From a virus: a stretch of DNA of 39,909 nt. The notes under the pieces are model-generated. The model saw only the letters and a list, made by a program, of their open reading frames with translations, did no database searches and was not told the DNA's origin. This document shows positions 25,310 to 35,000 of this stretch, piece by piece (within the stretch, counting starts at the first letter, position 1; each line of letters begins with the position of its first letter). The position numbers were made by a program, and so were the translations under genes. Where the stretch lies: the UHGV virus genome UHGV-0195847; one strand, 5' to 3'.

Positions 25310-26949
25310 TGTCGTTGACAGAGTACGATATCGGCGGCGCCTTCAAAGCCATAGAGGATGAGCTGATTGCCTCCATGATTCGCAACATGGACCGGCACCG
25401 GGCCGAAGAGACCAAAGAAGGCATTGAGTGGTCCATGTGGCAGGCTGAGCAGTTGAAAGCCCTGGAGAAGTACAAGAGGGACAACCAGAAGCGCTTTAAG
25501 GGCCGATTCCAGGACCTCAACAAAGAAATGGGGGAACTGATACGGATATCCAGGCAGCGCGGTAATATGCAGCAGGAAGTCAAGATACTCGATGCCATTC
25601 GGAAAGGTTTTCCTGCTAAGAAAATCAGTCAAGGCGTCACGGCAGAGTTTTTCCGGCTCAATGACCGAAAATTGGAGGCCTTGATTAAGGCAACCACCAA
25701 TGATATGCAGCAGGCAGAAACAGCCGTCCTTCGCATGGCCAACGACCAGTATCGGAAGGCCATCTTTAATGCCCAGGTATACGCCAATTCCGGCGCCGGC
25801 ACCTACGAGAAAGCCGTTGATATGGCTACCAAGGACATGCTTTCCCGGGGGCTTAACTGTGTGGAGTATGTCAATGGTGCCCGTCATACCCTGGCGGATT
25901 ATGCCGACATGGCCATCCGGACGGCATCCAAGCGGGCTTACCTACAGGGCGAGGGGGAGAAAAGGCGGGAATGGGGGATTACCACGGTCATCATGGCTAA
26001 GCGCGGCAACCCATGTCCTAAGTGTCTGCCCTTTGTCGGTAAAGTCCTGATTGACGACGTCTGGTCCGGCGGAAAGAAATCCGATGGGCCGTATCCCCTC
26101 ATGAGTAAGGCCATAGCATCCGGACTGTATCACCCCAGATGCAAGGACAGCCACACAACATACTTCCCTGGCTTCTCCACTGCAGACGATACCTGGACTA
26201 GGAAGGAACTGGAGGCGGTCGGTCAGGCCAATAAGCAGGAGGCCTGGCAGCAGTATGCGGCAAGACAGTCTGAGAAGTATGGACGATTGGCGGAATATTC
26301 GTTGTCACCAGAAAATCAGAAGCAGTATAAACAGAAATCTGAAAAATGGGAGGGGGAGGCAGAAAAGAGATACGCGGTCTCAGATGAGATAAAGGTGCAT
26401 CGGGATGATACTCCAGTCAAGATGGTTGACCTGGTAGATAAATATACTAACGATGAGTTTGTTGTCCTCAATGAAACGTCTGAACATGCATTTGCTTATG
26501 ACCCTGATACGGATACAATCAGAATCAATACGACACATCCGCAGTATCCATATCAAGATTACAAAGAAGTCATGCTCCATGAGCTGGCGCACAGAATTGA
26601 CCAGAATGAGTTTGGGAGTCCTATGAATGCAGAGTTTTCAAATGCAATCATAGAAGCGGAAAAACATCTAATGGAAAACGCAGAACGATATAGGAAAATG
26701 TTTGAACCGGGCGGAGAATTAGAGTATAATAACCTTATCAGCGACATGATGGGATGCATTACGGATAATTCAATTGTCGGTGGGGCTTCTCATGCTTCGC
26801 AATATATTAGCGTTCCGGGATACACAGAACTGGAGGTATTTGCCGATATCTTCTCAGCGTTGTATCAGGGGGATGATAATACTGTTAGATTCATAAAAGA
26901 CGAGTTTCCAGATATACACAAAGCTTTTCTGGGGATTATAGGAGGATGA
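25306..26949 (+). CDS. Head morphogenesis protein (MuF / SPP1 gp7 family) fused to C-terminal HExxH-containing domain
   Basis: N-terminal ~280 aa with IRTASKRAYLQGE...GNPCPKCLPFVGKV typical of gp7/MuF. ~270-aa C-terminal extension with MLHELAHR and a downward GC shift from ~26380. Confidence 0.8.
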   Translation: MMSLTEYDIGGAFKAIEDELIASMIRNMDRHRAEETKEGIEWSMWQAEQLKALEKYKRDNQKRFKGRFQDLNKEMGELIRISRQRGNMQQEVKILDAIRKGFPAKKISQGVTAEFFRLNDRKLEALIKATTNDMQQAETAVLRMANDQYRKAIFNAQVYANSGAGTYEKAVDMATKDMLSRGLNCVEYVNGARHTLADYADMAIRTASKRAYLQGEGEKRREWGITTVIMAKRGNPCPKCLPFVGKVLIDDVWSGGKKSDGPYPLMSKAIASGLYHPRCKDSHTTYFPGFSTADDTWTRKELEAVGQANKQEAWQQYAARQSEKYGRLAEYSLSPENQKQYKQKSEKWEGEAEKRYAVSDEIKVHRDDTPVKMVDLVDKYTNDEFVVLNETSEHAFAYDPDTDTIRINTTHPQYPYQDYKEVMLHELAHRIDQNEFGSPMNAEFSNAIIEAEKHLMENAERYRKMFEPGGELEYNNLISDMMGCITDNSIVGGASHASQYISVPGYTELEVFADIFSALYQGDDNTVRFIKDEFPDIHKAFLGIIGG

Positions 26950-26956
26950 TTGATTC

Positions 26957-27145
26957 ATGCTTAAGAAAGAGTTTGTTGATATGATGAGAAACGATGAGGA
27001 ATTGCAGGAATTGCGTCGCAAAGTATATTCGATTACTGGACAGCTTAAAGACATATCATTCTGTATCGGAGCAAAGTACACTTATGAAGAGTGGAAAGAG
27101 CAGCTGAGAAAAATTGTAGAAGAACACGAAACCACCAGTCAGTAA
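26957..27145 (+). CDS. Small hypothetical protein downstream of MuF fusion (candidate immunity/partner)
   Basis: 62 aa. RBS GGAGGA 10 nt upstream. Followed by terminator. Confidence 0.4.
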   Translation: MLKKEFVDMMRNDEELQELRRKVYSITGQLKDISFCIGAKYTYEEWKEQLRKIVEEHETTSQ

Positions 27146-27165
27146 CGGCCGGTGGTATTTTATTT
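27131..27165 (+). terminator. Rho-independent terminator
   Basis: ACCACC...GGTGGT stem followed by ATTTTATTT. Directly followed by the 16-bp palindrome. Confidence 0.6.
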
Positions 27166-27181
27166 GTTGCGATATCGCAAC
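27166..27181. repeat. Perfect 16-bp palindrome GTTGCGATATCGCAAC, copy 3
   Basis: Read directly. Immediately 3' of the terminator at 27131-27165, upstream of the scaffold/capsid operon. Confidence 0.95.
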
Positions 27182-27416
27182 GGAAAAGGGGTGATAACAT
27201 AACGCCGGCAGTGCAGATAACAGCAATCATTTGTCTGACAATTATCATATTGTGTTGGAATGGAAAGAAGAAATGAGTGAAGCACGCGGGACTATCCCGG
27301 GTGTTATTTTTACGCCCAAACACGAGCATGGCTTAAAACTGCTGCGTGGCCAGCGACACTGATGACAATGGATGCAATAAAAATTACAGGGTGACACCCT
27401 TAAAATGGAGGTATGG

Positions 27417-28040
27417 ATGATGAAACGTATGAACTTACAGTTATTTGCTGAGCCCGCAGGTGGAGCAGAGCCGCCGGCAGGAGGTCAGAATCAGCAGCAG
27501 ACACAAACTCAAACAGGACAGCAGGCATCCCCGGCAATTGATTATGCTAAAATCCAGCAAATGCTGGAAGGAACTCTGGCCGCTAAGGAGGACACGGCCT
27601 TGAAAGCCTACTTCAAGCAGCAGGGGCTCAGCCAGGAAGAAATGGAACAGGCAATTGCCACATTTAAGCAGCAGAAGGCGGCCCAGCAGCCAGATGTAGG
27701 TGCAATCCAGCAGCAGCTCACCCAGGCTCAGGCAGTGGCTCAGAAGGCCATGATTGACAGTGCAGCCACCATGGCGGCAGTATCACTGGGGATTGATGCC
27801 AAAACAATTCCTTACGTCCTTAAGATGGCCGACTTAAGTCAGGTCATGGGGCAGGATGGGAAAATCAACGATGAGGCGCTTAAGGCGGCTCTAAACAAGG
27901 TACTTGAGGACGTGCCGGCGCTGAACCCCCAGGCATTAGGCTCCACCGGATTCATCCAGGTGGGAGCAGCCAGTGGGCAGCAGACACAGCAGACCGTGGA
28001 TACGGAACTTGACCGCATCTTCGGGGTAAAGAAAAAATAG
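27417..28040 (+). CDS. Scaffolding protein
   Basis: Gln/Ala-rich helical protein directly upstream of the major capsid gene. RBS GGAGGT. Confidence 0.65.
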   Translation: MMKRMNLQLFAEPAGGAEPPAGGQNQQQTQTQTGQQASPAIDYAKIQQMLEGTLAAKEDTALKAYFKQQGLSQEEMEQAIATFKQQKAAQQPDVGAIQQQLTQAQAVAQKAMIDSAATMAAVSLGIDAKTIPYVLKMADLSQVMGQDGKINDEALKAALNKVLEDVPALNPQALGSTGFIQVGAASGQQTQQTVDTELDRIFGVKKK

Positions 28041-28054
28041 GAGGTTAGACAATT

Positions 28055-28957
28055 ATGGCAGTATTAAGTTATGTTACACAGTTCCACACAAGAATCCTTG
28101 ATATGTATGGACATGAGCTGATTTCGGACCCGTTGTATCACACCAATGAGGATATCAAGATTATTGGGGCAAAGGATATTAAGCTCCCGCGTCTGTCCGT
28201 GAGCGGGTACAAAGACCATGACCGCAACACGTTGGGATACAACAGCGGAAATTATTCCAATGATTTTGAGACCAAGTCCCTTGACCACGACCGTGACATA
28301 GAGTTCTTTGTTGACCCTATGGACGTGGACGAGACCAACCAGATTGTTGCGATTGCCAACATCCAGGCGCGGTTTGAGAAAAGGCAGGCTATACCAGAGC
28401 TGGACTGCTATACATTTTCTAAACTGTATACAGAAGCATCCAGGGTGGGGGCCACCATTAGGACAACACCTATCACAACGTCTAATATACTGGCAGACTT
28501 TGATGACAACTGCGAGGTGTTTGAGGACCTGGGAGTTCCGCTGTCCCGCTGTATCCTGTTCTGCACCGCTGCTTACCGCAAGACGCTTAAAAATGCGGAG
28601 GGCATCCAGCGTGTGATGGCAGTGAATGGGGGCAGCAACGGAATTGACCGCCGAGTGCACTCCATGGATGACCTGGGGGAAATCAGAACAGTACCGCTGG
28701 AGCGTTTTAAGACCGCGTATGACTTCACAGAAGGCTATAAGGCGGATTCCACGGGCAAGCAGATTAACTACATCCTGGTAGACCCGGAGGCCCAGGTATC
28801 CCGCGTGAAGTATGCGTACATCAACACATATACGCCCGGCCATGATTCCAGGACGGCCGATAACTACTTGTACCAGAATAGGCGTTATAATGGCACGTTT
28901 GCTCTCGACCAGGAGCTCAAGCAGGCGTGTATCATCAATGTGGAGGCAGGTGAGTAA
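28055..28957 (+). CDS. Major capsid protein
   Basis: 300 aa. Position after scaffold. RBS AGGAGG. Confidence 0.7.
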   Translation: MAVLSYVTQFHTRILDMYGHELISDPLYHTNEDIKIIGAKDIKLPRLSVSGYKDHDRNTLGYNSGNYSNDFETKSLDHDRDIEFFVDPMDVDETNQIVAIANIQARFEKRQAIPELDCYTFSKLYTEASRVGATIRTTPITTSNILADFDDNCEVFEDLGVPLSRCILFCTAAYRKTLKNAEGIQRVMAVNGGSNGIDRRVHSMDDLGEIRTVPLERFKTAYDFTEGYKADSTGKQINYILVDPEAQVSRVKYAYINTYTPGHDSRTADNYLYQNRRYNGTFALDQELKQACIINVEAGE

Positions 28958-29255
28958 GATGAAGGCAAAGAAGGAAAATAAGGTATACTCAATTAATACC
29001 GAGCAGGAAGCGCAGCGTTATCTGAAGGATGGTTACGACATCTACGATGATGACGGAAACGTGCGGGAGTATTCTCCGAAAAAAAAGATTGCCTTTAGCG
29101 AATACATGAAGGCAGTTAAAGAGATTGAGCGGCTGCAGGACTTAGCGGCTGAAAGATATGCTGAAAACGAAGCATTGAAAGCAGAGATTGCTTCACTTCG
29201 GGTCGCAAAGCAGGAACCGGTAAAGAAAGCGGAGAGCAAAAAGGCAGGTGAGTAA
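28958..29255 (+). CDS. Hypothetical head-associated protein
   Basis: About 98 aa from ATG 28958 after GGAGGCAGGTGAG. Confidence 0.45.
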
Positions 29256-29256
29256 C

Positions 29257-29643
29257 ATGCCCTATGAACCCTATGTCACCTATGAGTACTACTGTGATGC
29301 ATACAAGGGAGATGTAATCCCCATGGACGAGCTGGACAAGGCCCTTAAGCAGGCCGGCCGGCACATTGATTCCCTGACCTACAACCGTATTGTGGGCCGG
29401 GGATTTTCTAATCTGACAGCCTTCCAGCAAGATGTTATCCAAGAAGTGGTCTGCCAGCAGGCGGACTTTGAATGGGAGAACGCAGACGAGATTAACACCA
29501 TCCTGCAGGGCTACAGCATCAACGGGGTGTCGGCACAGTTTGGCAGCAGCTGGAACGTATTTACAGACAAGGGCGTGGCTATGAAGCGTGATGTGTATGC
29601 CCTGCTGTCCCAGACAGGCTTGTGCTGCCGGTTAGCGAGGTGA
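29257..29643 (+). CDS. Head-tail connector / gp6-like adaptor protein
   Basis: YVTYEYYCDAYKGDVIP... N-terminus typical of Phage_connect_1. Position. Confidence 0.55.
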   Translation: MPYEPYVTYEYYCDAYKGDVIPMDELDKALKQAGRHIDSLTYNRIVGRGFSNLTAFQQDVIQEVVCQQADFEWENADEINTILQGYSINGVSAQFGSSWNVFTDKGVAMKRDVYALLSQTGLCCRLAR

Positions 29644-29646
29644 ACC

Positions 29647-29985
29647 ATGAAATATCCATGCTTAGTTCCAAAACGGCTCTGCAAGACCGATATCCACGTC
29701 CATCTGGAATCTGAGGACACCGACAACCACGGACAACCGGAGAAGGCGCTGGACCTGGAATTGAAATGCAACTTCCAGGACCGGGCCAAGACCATTCTGA
29801 CCACAGAAAAGAAGCTGGTGCAGATAACCGGTACGGTCTTGTTTCCTGGGGACATTGCCCCGGACTTCCCAACCTTAAGCGGGGGTACCGTTACAATATT
29901 CGGGGAAGAACGGAGGATAGAGCAGGGGATGAAGGCCAGAAACCCGGACGGGACGGTTAACTATTGTCAGTTGGAGGTGGTCTGA
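29647..29985 (+). CDS. Head closure protein (hypothetical)
   Basis: Position in the head-tail joining block. Confidence 0.4.
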   Translation: MKYPCLVPKRLCKTDIHVHLESEDTDNHGQPEKALDLELKCNFQDRAKTILTTEKKLVQITGTVLFPGDIAPDFPTLSGGTVTIFGEERRIEQGMKARNPDGTVNYCQLEVV

Positions 29986-30365
29986 TGCAGGTTAAATCAA
30001 CTGTGAAGATGAATTTCCCGCGGATTAAACAGTTGACACAGGCGGCAGTGACTGCCTTGGAGATGACAGCGGAGGCACTACACACGGAGGTTGTCCAGGC
30101 CCAGGTGATGCCTTTTGACACAGGCCACCTGGAGGAAGACAGCTTTTTTGCGGATTACAAAGAATGTGGTCAAGGGAAAGCAACGCTGGTGGTAAACACG
30201 CCCTATGCGCGGCGTCTGTATTTTCATCCGGAATACAATTTCCAGACGGATGAGAACCCGTTTGCTGGCGGTGAATGGTACGAACCGTGGTTACCTGGTG
30301 GAGTAAGCCAGGATTTTGCCAGGAATGCATTTAAGCGGTTTTACAAGAAAGTAGGTGGTGTATGA
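29985..30365 (+). CDS. HK97 gp10-like tail-completion/minor capsid protein (hypothetical)
   Basis: ATG 29985 overlapping previous stop. Size ~126 aa. Confidence 0.4.
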   Translation: MQVKSTVKMNFPRIKQLTQAAVTALEMTAEALHTEVVQAQVMPFDTGHLEEDSFFADYKECGQGKATLVVNTPYARRLYFHPEYNFQTDENPFAGGEWYEPWLPGGVSQDFARNAFKRFYKKVGGV

Positions 30366-30769
30366 TGCTGACCTTGGATGACATCCGGGGATACATAGGA
30401 GGCCTGGGAATTACGGCTGACAGGAATGTCTATATCGGGAAGCTGAATAGCAAGAAGGACCATTCCATTGGTGTATATCACCGGCAGGGCAGCGGTCCTC
30501 CCGTGATGGCCCTGGGGGGACATGATTATAGCAGCTACGACATCCGGCGCATCTCCCTGCTGGTCCATTGGGACAGGGATGTACAGGCATCAGAGCGGGC
30601 CGCCTATGAGCTGTATGAGAAACTTAAAAACGTATCCAGCCTGTCCATAGGGGGTACACCCATTAATTGTATCATCCTCCAGGTACCGGAACCGGTTGAC
30701 GTGGGAACGGATGAAAAAGGTGTATATGAATATGTGATATGGCTGGATTTTGTGTATCAGAGAAAGTGA
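30362..30769 (+). CDS. Tail terminator-like protein (hypothetical)
   Basis: Precedes major tail protein. 135 aa. Confidence 0.4.
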   Translation: MMLTLDDIRGYIGGLGITADRNVYIGKLNSKKDHSIGVYHRQGSGPPVMALGGHDYSSYDIRRISLLVHWDRDVQASERAAYELYEKLKNVSSLSIGGTPINCIILQVPEPVDVGTDEKGVYEYVIWLDFVYQRK

Positions 30770-30779
30770 GGAATGAGAT

Positions 30780-31241
30780 ATGGCAGATGCAGCAGGAAGA
30801 GTTTATCCGGTGCATAACAATGTGTTTAAGTTTGGCATAAAAGGCCTTGAAAGCACAGAGGAGAATATGGCTGTACCGTTAGATTTGGAGAATTTCGCTC
30901 CGTCCATTGACGGTACCGTAGAGGAATGGTATGCCATGGATGCGAAGGGCTGGGCAAAAGCAGCCATGACAGGAAAGAAGCTGGGATTTTCCTTCAAAGG
31001 AAAGAGGTCAGTAGGTGACCCGGCCAATGACTATATTGCCGGCCTGGCCTGGAAGTTCGGACAGGACGTCATGACGAAGTTTGAGTGGACCATGGTATCC
31101 GGCGCAAAGCTGGCCTGTGACGTGGTTGTGAATGTGACCACTCCGGGCGGCGGTGATACAACCAACATTGACACCCTGGAATTTGAAGTGACGGGATATG
31201 GCGCCCCGACATTTACACCGGCACCCACACCAGGAGCATAA
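30780..31241 (+). CDS. Major tail protein (siphovirus type)
   Basis: 153 aa. Immediately upstream of the chaperone pair and the tape measure gene. Confidence 0.6.
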   Translation: MADAAGRVYPVHNNVFKFGIKGLESTEENMAVPLDLENFAPSIDGTVEEWYAMDAKGWAKAAMTGKKLGFSFKGKRSVGDPANDYIAGLAWKFGQDVMTKFEWTMVSGAKLACDVVVNVTTPGGGDTTNIDTLEFEVTGYGAPTFTPAPTPGA

Positions 31242-31254
31242 GGAGGAATAACGA

Positions 31255-31557
31255 ATGGCAAGGAAAGTTGATATCACAGATAAATTGAGTTTTGAAGGGA
31301 ATCCATCCCTGGTAATCAAGGGAAAGGCCATAGAAGTGAATGCGGATGCCCCGACCATGCTTAAGGTCATGGGACTGATGTCGGCTAATGACCCTGGTGC
31401 ACAGGAAATTCTGGAGGCCTACGACATGATGTTCCCAGAAAAGTCCAAGAAAGAGATAGAGAGGATGAAACTGGGATTCAATGACTTGATTATTGTAGTG
31501 CAGGAAGCGGTCCAGCTCATTTCCGGCATGGAGGAACCTGCCGGGGGAGAGCAGTGA
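31255..31557 (+). CDS. Tail assembly chaperone (gpG-like)
   Basis: 100 aa between major tail and TMP genes. Acidic. Confidence 0.6.
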   Translation: MARKVDITDKLSFEGNPSLVIKGKAIEVNADAPTMLKVMGLMSANDPGAQEILEAYDMMFPEKSKKEIERMKLGFNDLIIVVQEAVQLISGMEEPAGGEQ

Positions 31558-31891
31558 CCCGTACTACGATATGTTTGAGGACTGGGACCTGATAGTCTCC
31601 AGCTTCCTGTCGCAGTACGGGTTGCGTATACGAACGAAAGAATTTGAAACAGTCTCCTGGGACGAATTCAAGGCACTGATTGCCGGCCTGTCCCCAGAGA
31701 CTGCATTAGGCCGTGTGGTAGCCATCCGGTCCGAAACGGATAAGGATATCATCAAGAATTATACAAAGGACCAGCGCCGGATATATGATGACTGGCGTAA
31801 CCGGGAAATGAAAGAGATGGATGAGAAAACCTTCGAGAAGGAAATGGCCGGCCTGGAGAAGATGTTTGCGGCTATGTGCGGAGGTGGTTAA
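31499..31891 (+). CDS. Tail assembly chaperone gpT-like frame (probable +1 frameshift extension of 31255..31557)
   Basis: +1 frame is open from 31499 and overlaps the end of the G-like ORF. Its internal ATG 31571 has no RBS. Confidence 0.45.
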   Translation, partial: CRKRSSSFPAWRNLPGESSDPYYDMFEDWDLIVSSFLSQYGLRIRTKEFETVSWDEFKALIAGLSPETALGRVVAIRSETDKDIIKNYTKDQRRIYDDWRNREMKEMDEKTFEKEMAGLEKMFAAMCGGG

Positions 31892-32036
31892 GATTGAGAA
31901 AATAAGATGTGTAAGATGTGGACAGACCCTTCTCCTGGCGGAATACGTTAAAGGGGAAATTAAATGTCCCAGATGTAAAACCATAAACAGGTTGGATATA
32001 AAAATGACAGAGCCTAGAGCCGCACCAAAGGAGTAG
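31883..32036 (+). CDS. Small zinc-ribbon ORF between chaperones and TMP
   Basis: CVRCGQ...CPRCK. Only GTG 31883 is available as a start, with no clear RBS. Confidence 0.25.
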
Positions 32037-32078
32037 CGAGCCAGAGCCTGCTTTTGAATTAAAAGGCAGGTGATATGT

Positions 32079-35000
32079 ATGGCAGCTAACAGCGTAGGCC
32101 AGATTGGCCTTGACCTTGTGGTCAACCAGAATCAATTTAAACAGCAGATGGCCGGAATACAGGGGCTGGCTAAAAAGGCGGGAGCTGCTCTGGCGGCGGC
32201 GTTTGCAGTAAAGAAAATCATAGACTTCGGCGCACAGTGTATTGAATTGGGGTCCGACCTGGCGGAAGTCCAGAATGTGGTGGATGTCACGTTCCCACGT
32301 ATGTCCAAACAGGTGGACGACTTTGCCAAGAACGCCATAACTTCCTTTGGCCTGTCCGAGACCATGGCTAAGAGGTTTACTGGCACCTTCGGCGCAATGG
32401 CTAAAGCATTCGGTTTTGGTGAACAAGCAGCCTATGAGATGTCCACGACCTTGACTGGTCTGGCTGGGGACGTGGCGTCCTTCTACAACATTAGCCAGGA
32501 CGAGGCCTATACAAAGCTGAAATCCGTGTTCACGGGTGAAACAGAGACTCTTAAGGACCTTGGCATTGTCATGACCCAGAGCGCCCTTGACAGCTATGCC
32601 CTGGCCAATGGCTATGGTAAGGTGACGGCAAAGATGTCTGAGGCTGAGAAGGTGGCGCTGCGGTATAAGTTTGTGCAGGACCAGCTGTCCCTGGCATCCG
32701 GGGACTTCATCCGGACGGCGGATGGCTGGGCAAACCAGGTGCGTGTCCTGAAGCTGCAGTTTGACAGCCTTAAAGCCACAATCGGACAAGGACTCATTAA
32801 TGTACTGACACCGGTCATCCAGGTAATCAACCGCATCATCAGTAAGCTGATGAGCCTGGCCAATGCCTTCAAGGCATTCACGGAGATGGTAACCGGGAAG
32901 AAGGGCGGGGGAGGTGCATCTGCAGCCACGGCCGGTATGGATGCGATGGCCCAGTCAGCCGATAAGGCGGGAGCAGCTGCAGGGGGAGCCGGCGGGGCTG
33001 CTAAGAAGGCCGCTAAAGACATGAAAAGTGTCAGCACAGGCATTGATGAGCTTAATATCATTAATCCTGATACTGATTCCGGAGGCGGTGGTTCCGGAGG
33101 TGGAACTGATGGTGGGTATTCTGCGGATGAGTTCGATATGGGTGAGCTTGATACCTCGCTTATTGATGAGGTAGACAGCAAATATCAAGGATTATTAGAT
33201 AGAGCGACCCAGCTAAAGGGCATATTTTTAGCCGGGTTTAAGATTGGTTTTGGTGATACCAGCGTTCTGGATAGCATGAAGGAATCCATCCAGAGCATCA
33301 AGGATAGCCTGACGGAGATATTCACATCTCCGGAGGTGCAGCAGGCCGCCAACCGGTTTGCCAATATCCTGGCCATCAATCTGGGCAAGATAGCAGGTTC
33401 TGTCGTCAGTATAGGGGCATCCATTGCGGATAATCTGTTGGGTGGAATCAGCCTGTTTTTACAGCAGAATAAAGACCGTATAAAGGAATATATCGTTGCC
33501 ATGTTTGACATTGGCTCACGTATTGCTGAAATAGAAGGTAAAGTAGCAAAAGCGTGGTCAACGGTTTTTTCGTCCCTTCGCAGTGACAGTGCAAAGCAGA
33601 TTAATGCCGATATTATTGGGATATTTTCCGAAGCCTTCATGGGTGGTACGGAACTAGCAGGGACTTTTGCGGCGGATGTATTGGATACAATTACGGCTCC
33701 CTTCATCGAAAATGCGGATTACATCAGGACAACCCTGGAAGATACATTCAGCGCGGTTGAACCTGTTTTTTCTACAATCAAAGATTTAGCTGCGGAAACT
33801 TTTGAAAAGATAGGTACCACATATGATGAGCATGTAGCCCCCATGCTGGCAACTTTCAGACAAGGGTTTACGGAAATTGGTACTTTGTGGCTTAATCTGT
33901 ACAATGCCCATATCCTTCCGGTATTACAGAATTTGTCAACGCGGTTTGTGGAATTTAAAGACCAGTATCTCAGCTCGCTGATTGATAAATTCTTGGAATT
34001 TGGTGGAAAAGTAGCAGATGCGGTCACAAAATTATGGACCGGAGCTCTACAGCCATTCATTGAATGGTTTATGTCCAATGTGGCACCGGTCATAGCTTCA
34101 TGCCTACAAGCCGCCATTGATACATTCTTTGGTTTCTGGGAATCCGTTTCGGGTATCATAGAAGGATTGCTCACAGCACTTGGCGGTGTAATTGACTTCG
34201 TTGTTGGTGTGTTTACTGGTGACTGGAGTCTTGCCTGGGAAGGAATCAAGGAAATATTCTCCGGTATTTGGGAAGCCTTGAAGGAACTTGTATCTGGTGC
34301 TGTAACATTCATCCAAAACGTTGTTAACCTGGCGTGGACTGCTATATCTGGAGCAACCAGTACCATCTGGAACGGAATCAAGACACTCTTGAATACTCTT
34401 TGGAATTGGCTTAAGTCTCTGGCCAATACATTATTCAATGCTATCAAGACATCCATCAGCACGGCCTGGGAGAATGTCAAGAGTAAGACATCAGAAATAT
34501 GGGAATCCATTAAGGAATTCGTATCAAATCTGTGGGATACAATCAAGACTGCAGTGGATGAGAAGTTCACGGCCATGAAAGATGCTATTGCCGGGGTCTG
34601 GGATACGGTGAGAACAAAGACAAAAGAAACCTGGGACGGTATCTGGGCAGATATAAAGGGTATCATCAACATGATTATCAATGGTGTAGAAAGCATGGCC
34701 AACAGGGTTATTGATGCAATTAATGCCATGATAGACGCCGTAAATGAGGTGGCGGATAAGGTACCAGGCATCGGCGCTGATTTTATCCCGAATATACCAA
34801 ACATCCATCTTCCGCGTCTGGCCCAAGGCGGTTTTGTCCGCGCCAACACCCCGCAGCTGGCCATGATAGGTGATAACAGGCACTATGGCGAGATTGTAGC
34901 GCCTGAGGATAAGATGCAGGCCATGGTGGACCGGGCGGTGGCCTTGGCGTCCCAGCAGAGTAATGGTGGAATGAGTGAGTATTATCTGGGCATGATGGTG

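Noticed and set aside
24532-25887. 451-aa ORF on the minus strand
   Set aside because: Lies entirely antisense to the portal and MuF genes, which have clear family signatures, RBSs and operon context. Long antisense ORFs are common in such regions. No RBS.
27091-27276. 61-aa ORF spanning the terminator and palindrome copy 3
   Set aside because: Overlaps the hairpin/T-run and the 16-bp palindrome. No RBS. Low-complexity hydrophobic translation.
32612-34864. Several 100-380-aa minus-strand ORFs inside the tape measure gene
   Set aside because: Shadow ORFs of the repetitive, Ala/Ser-rich TMP coding sequence. No starts with RBS. TMP is unambiguous on the plus strand.
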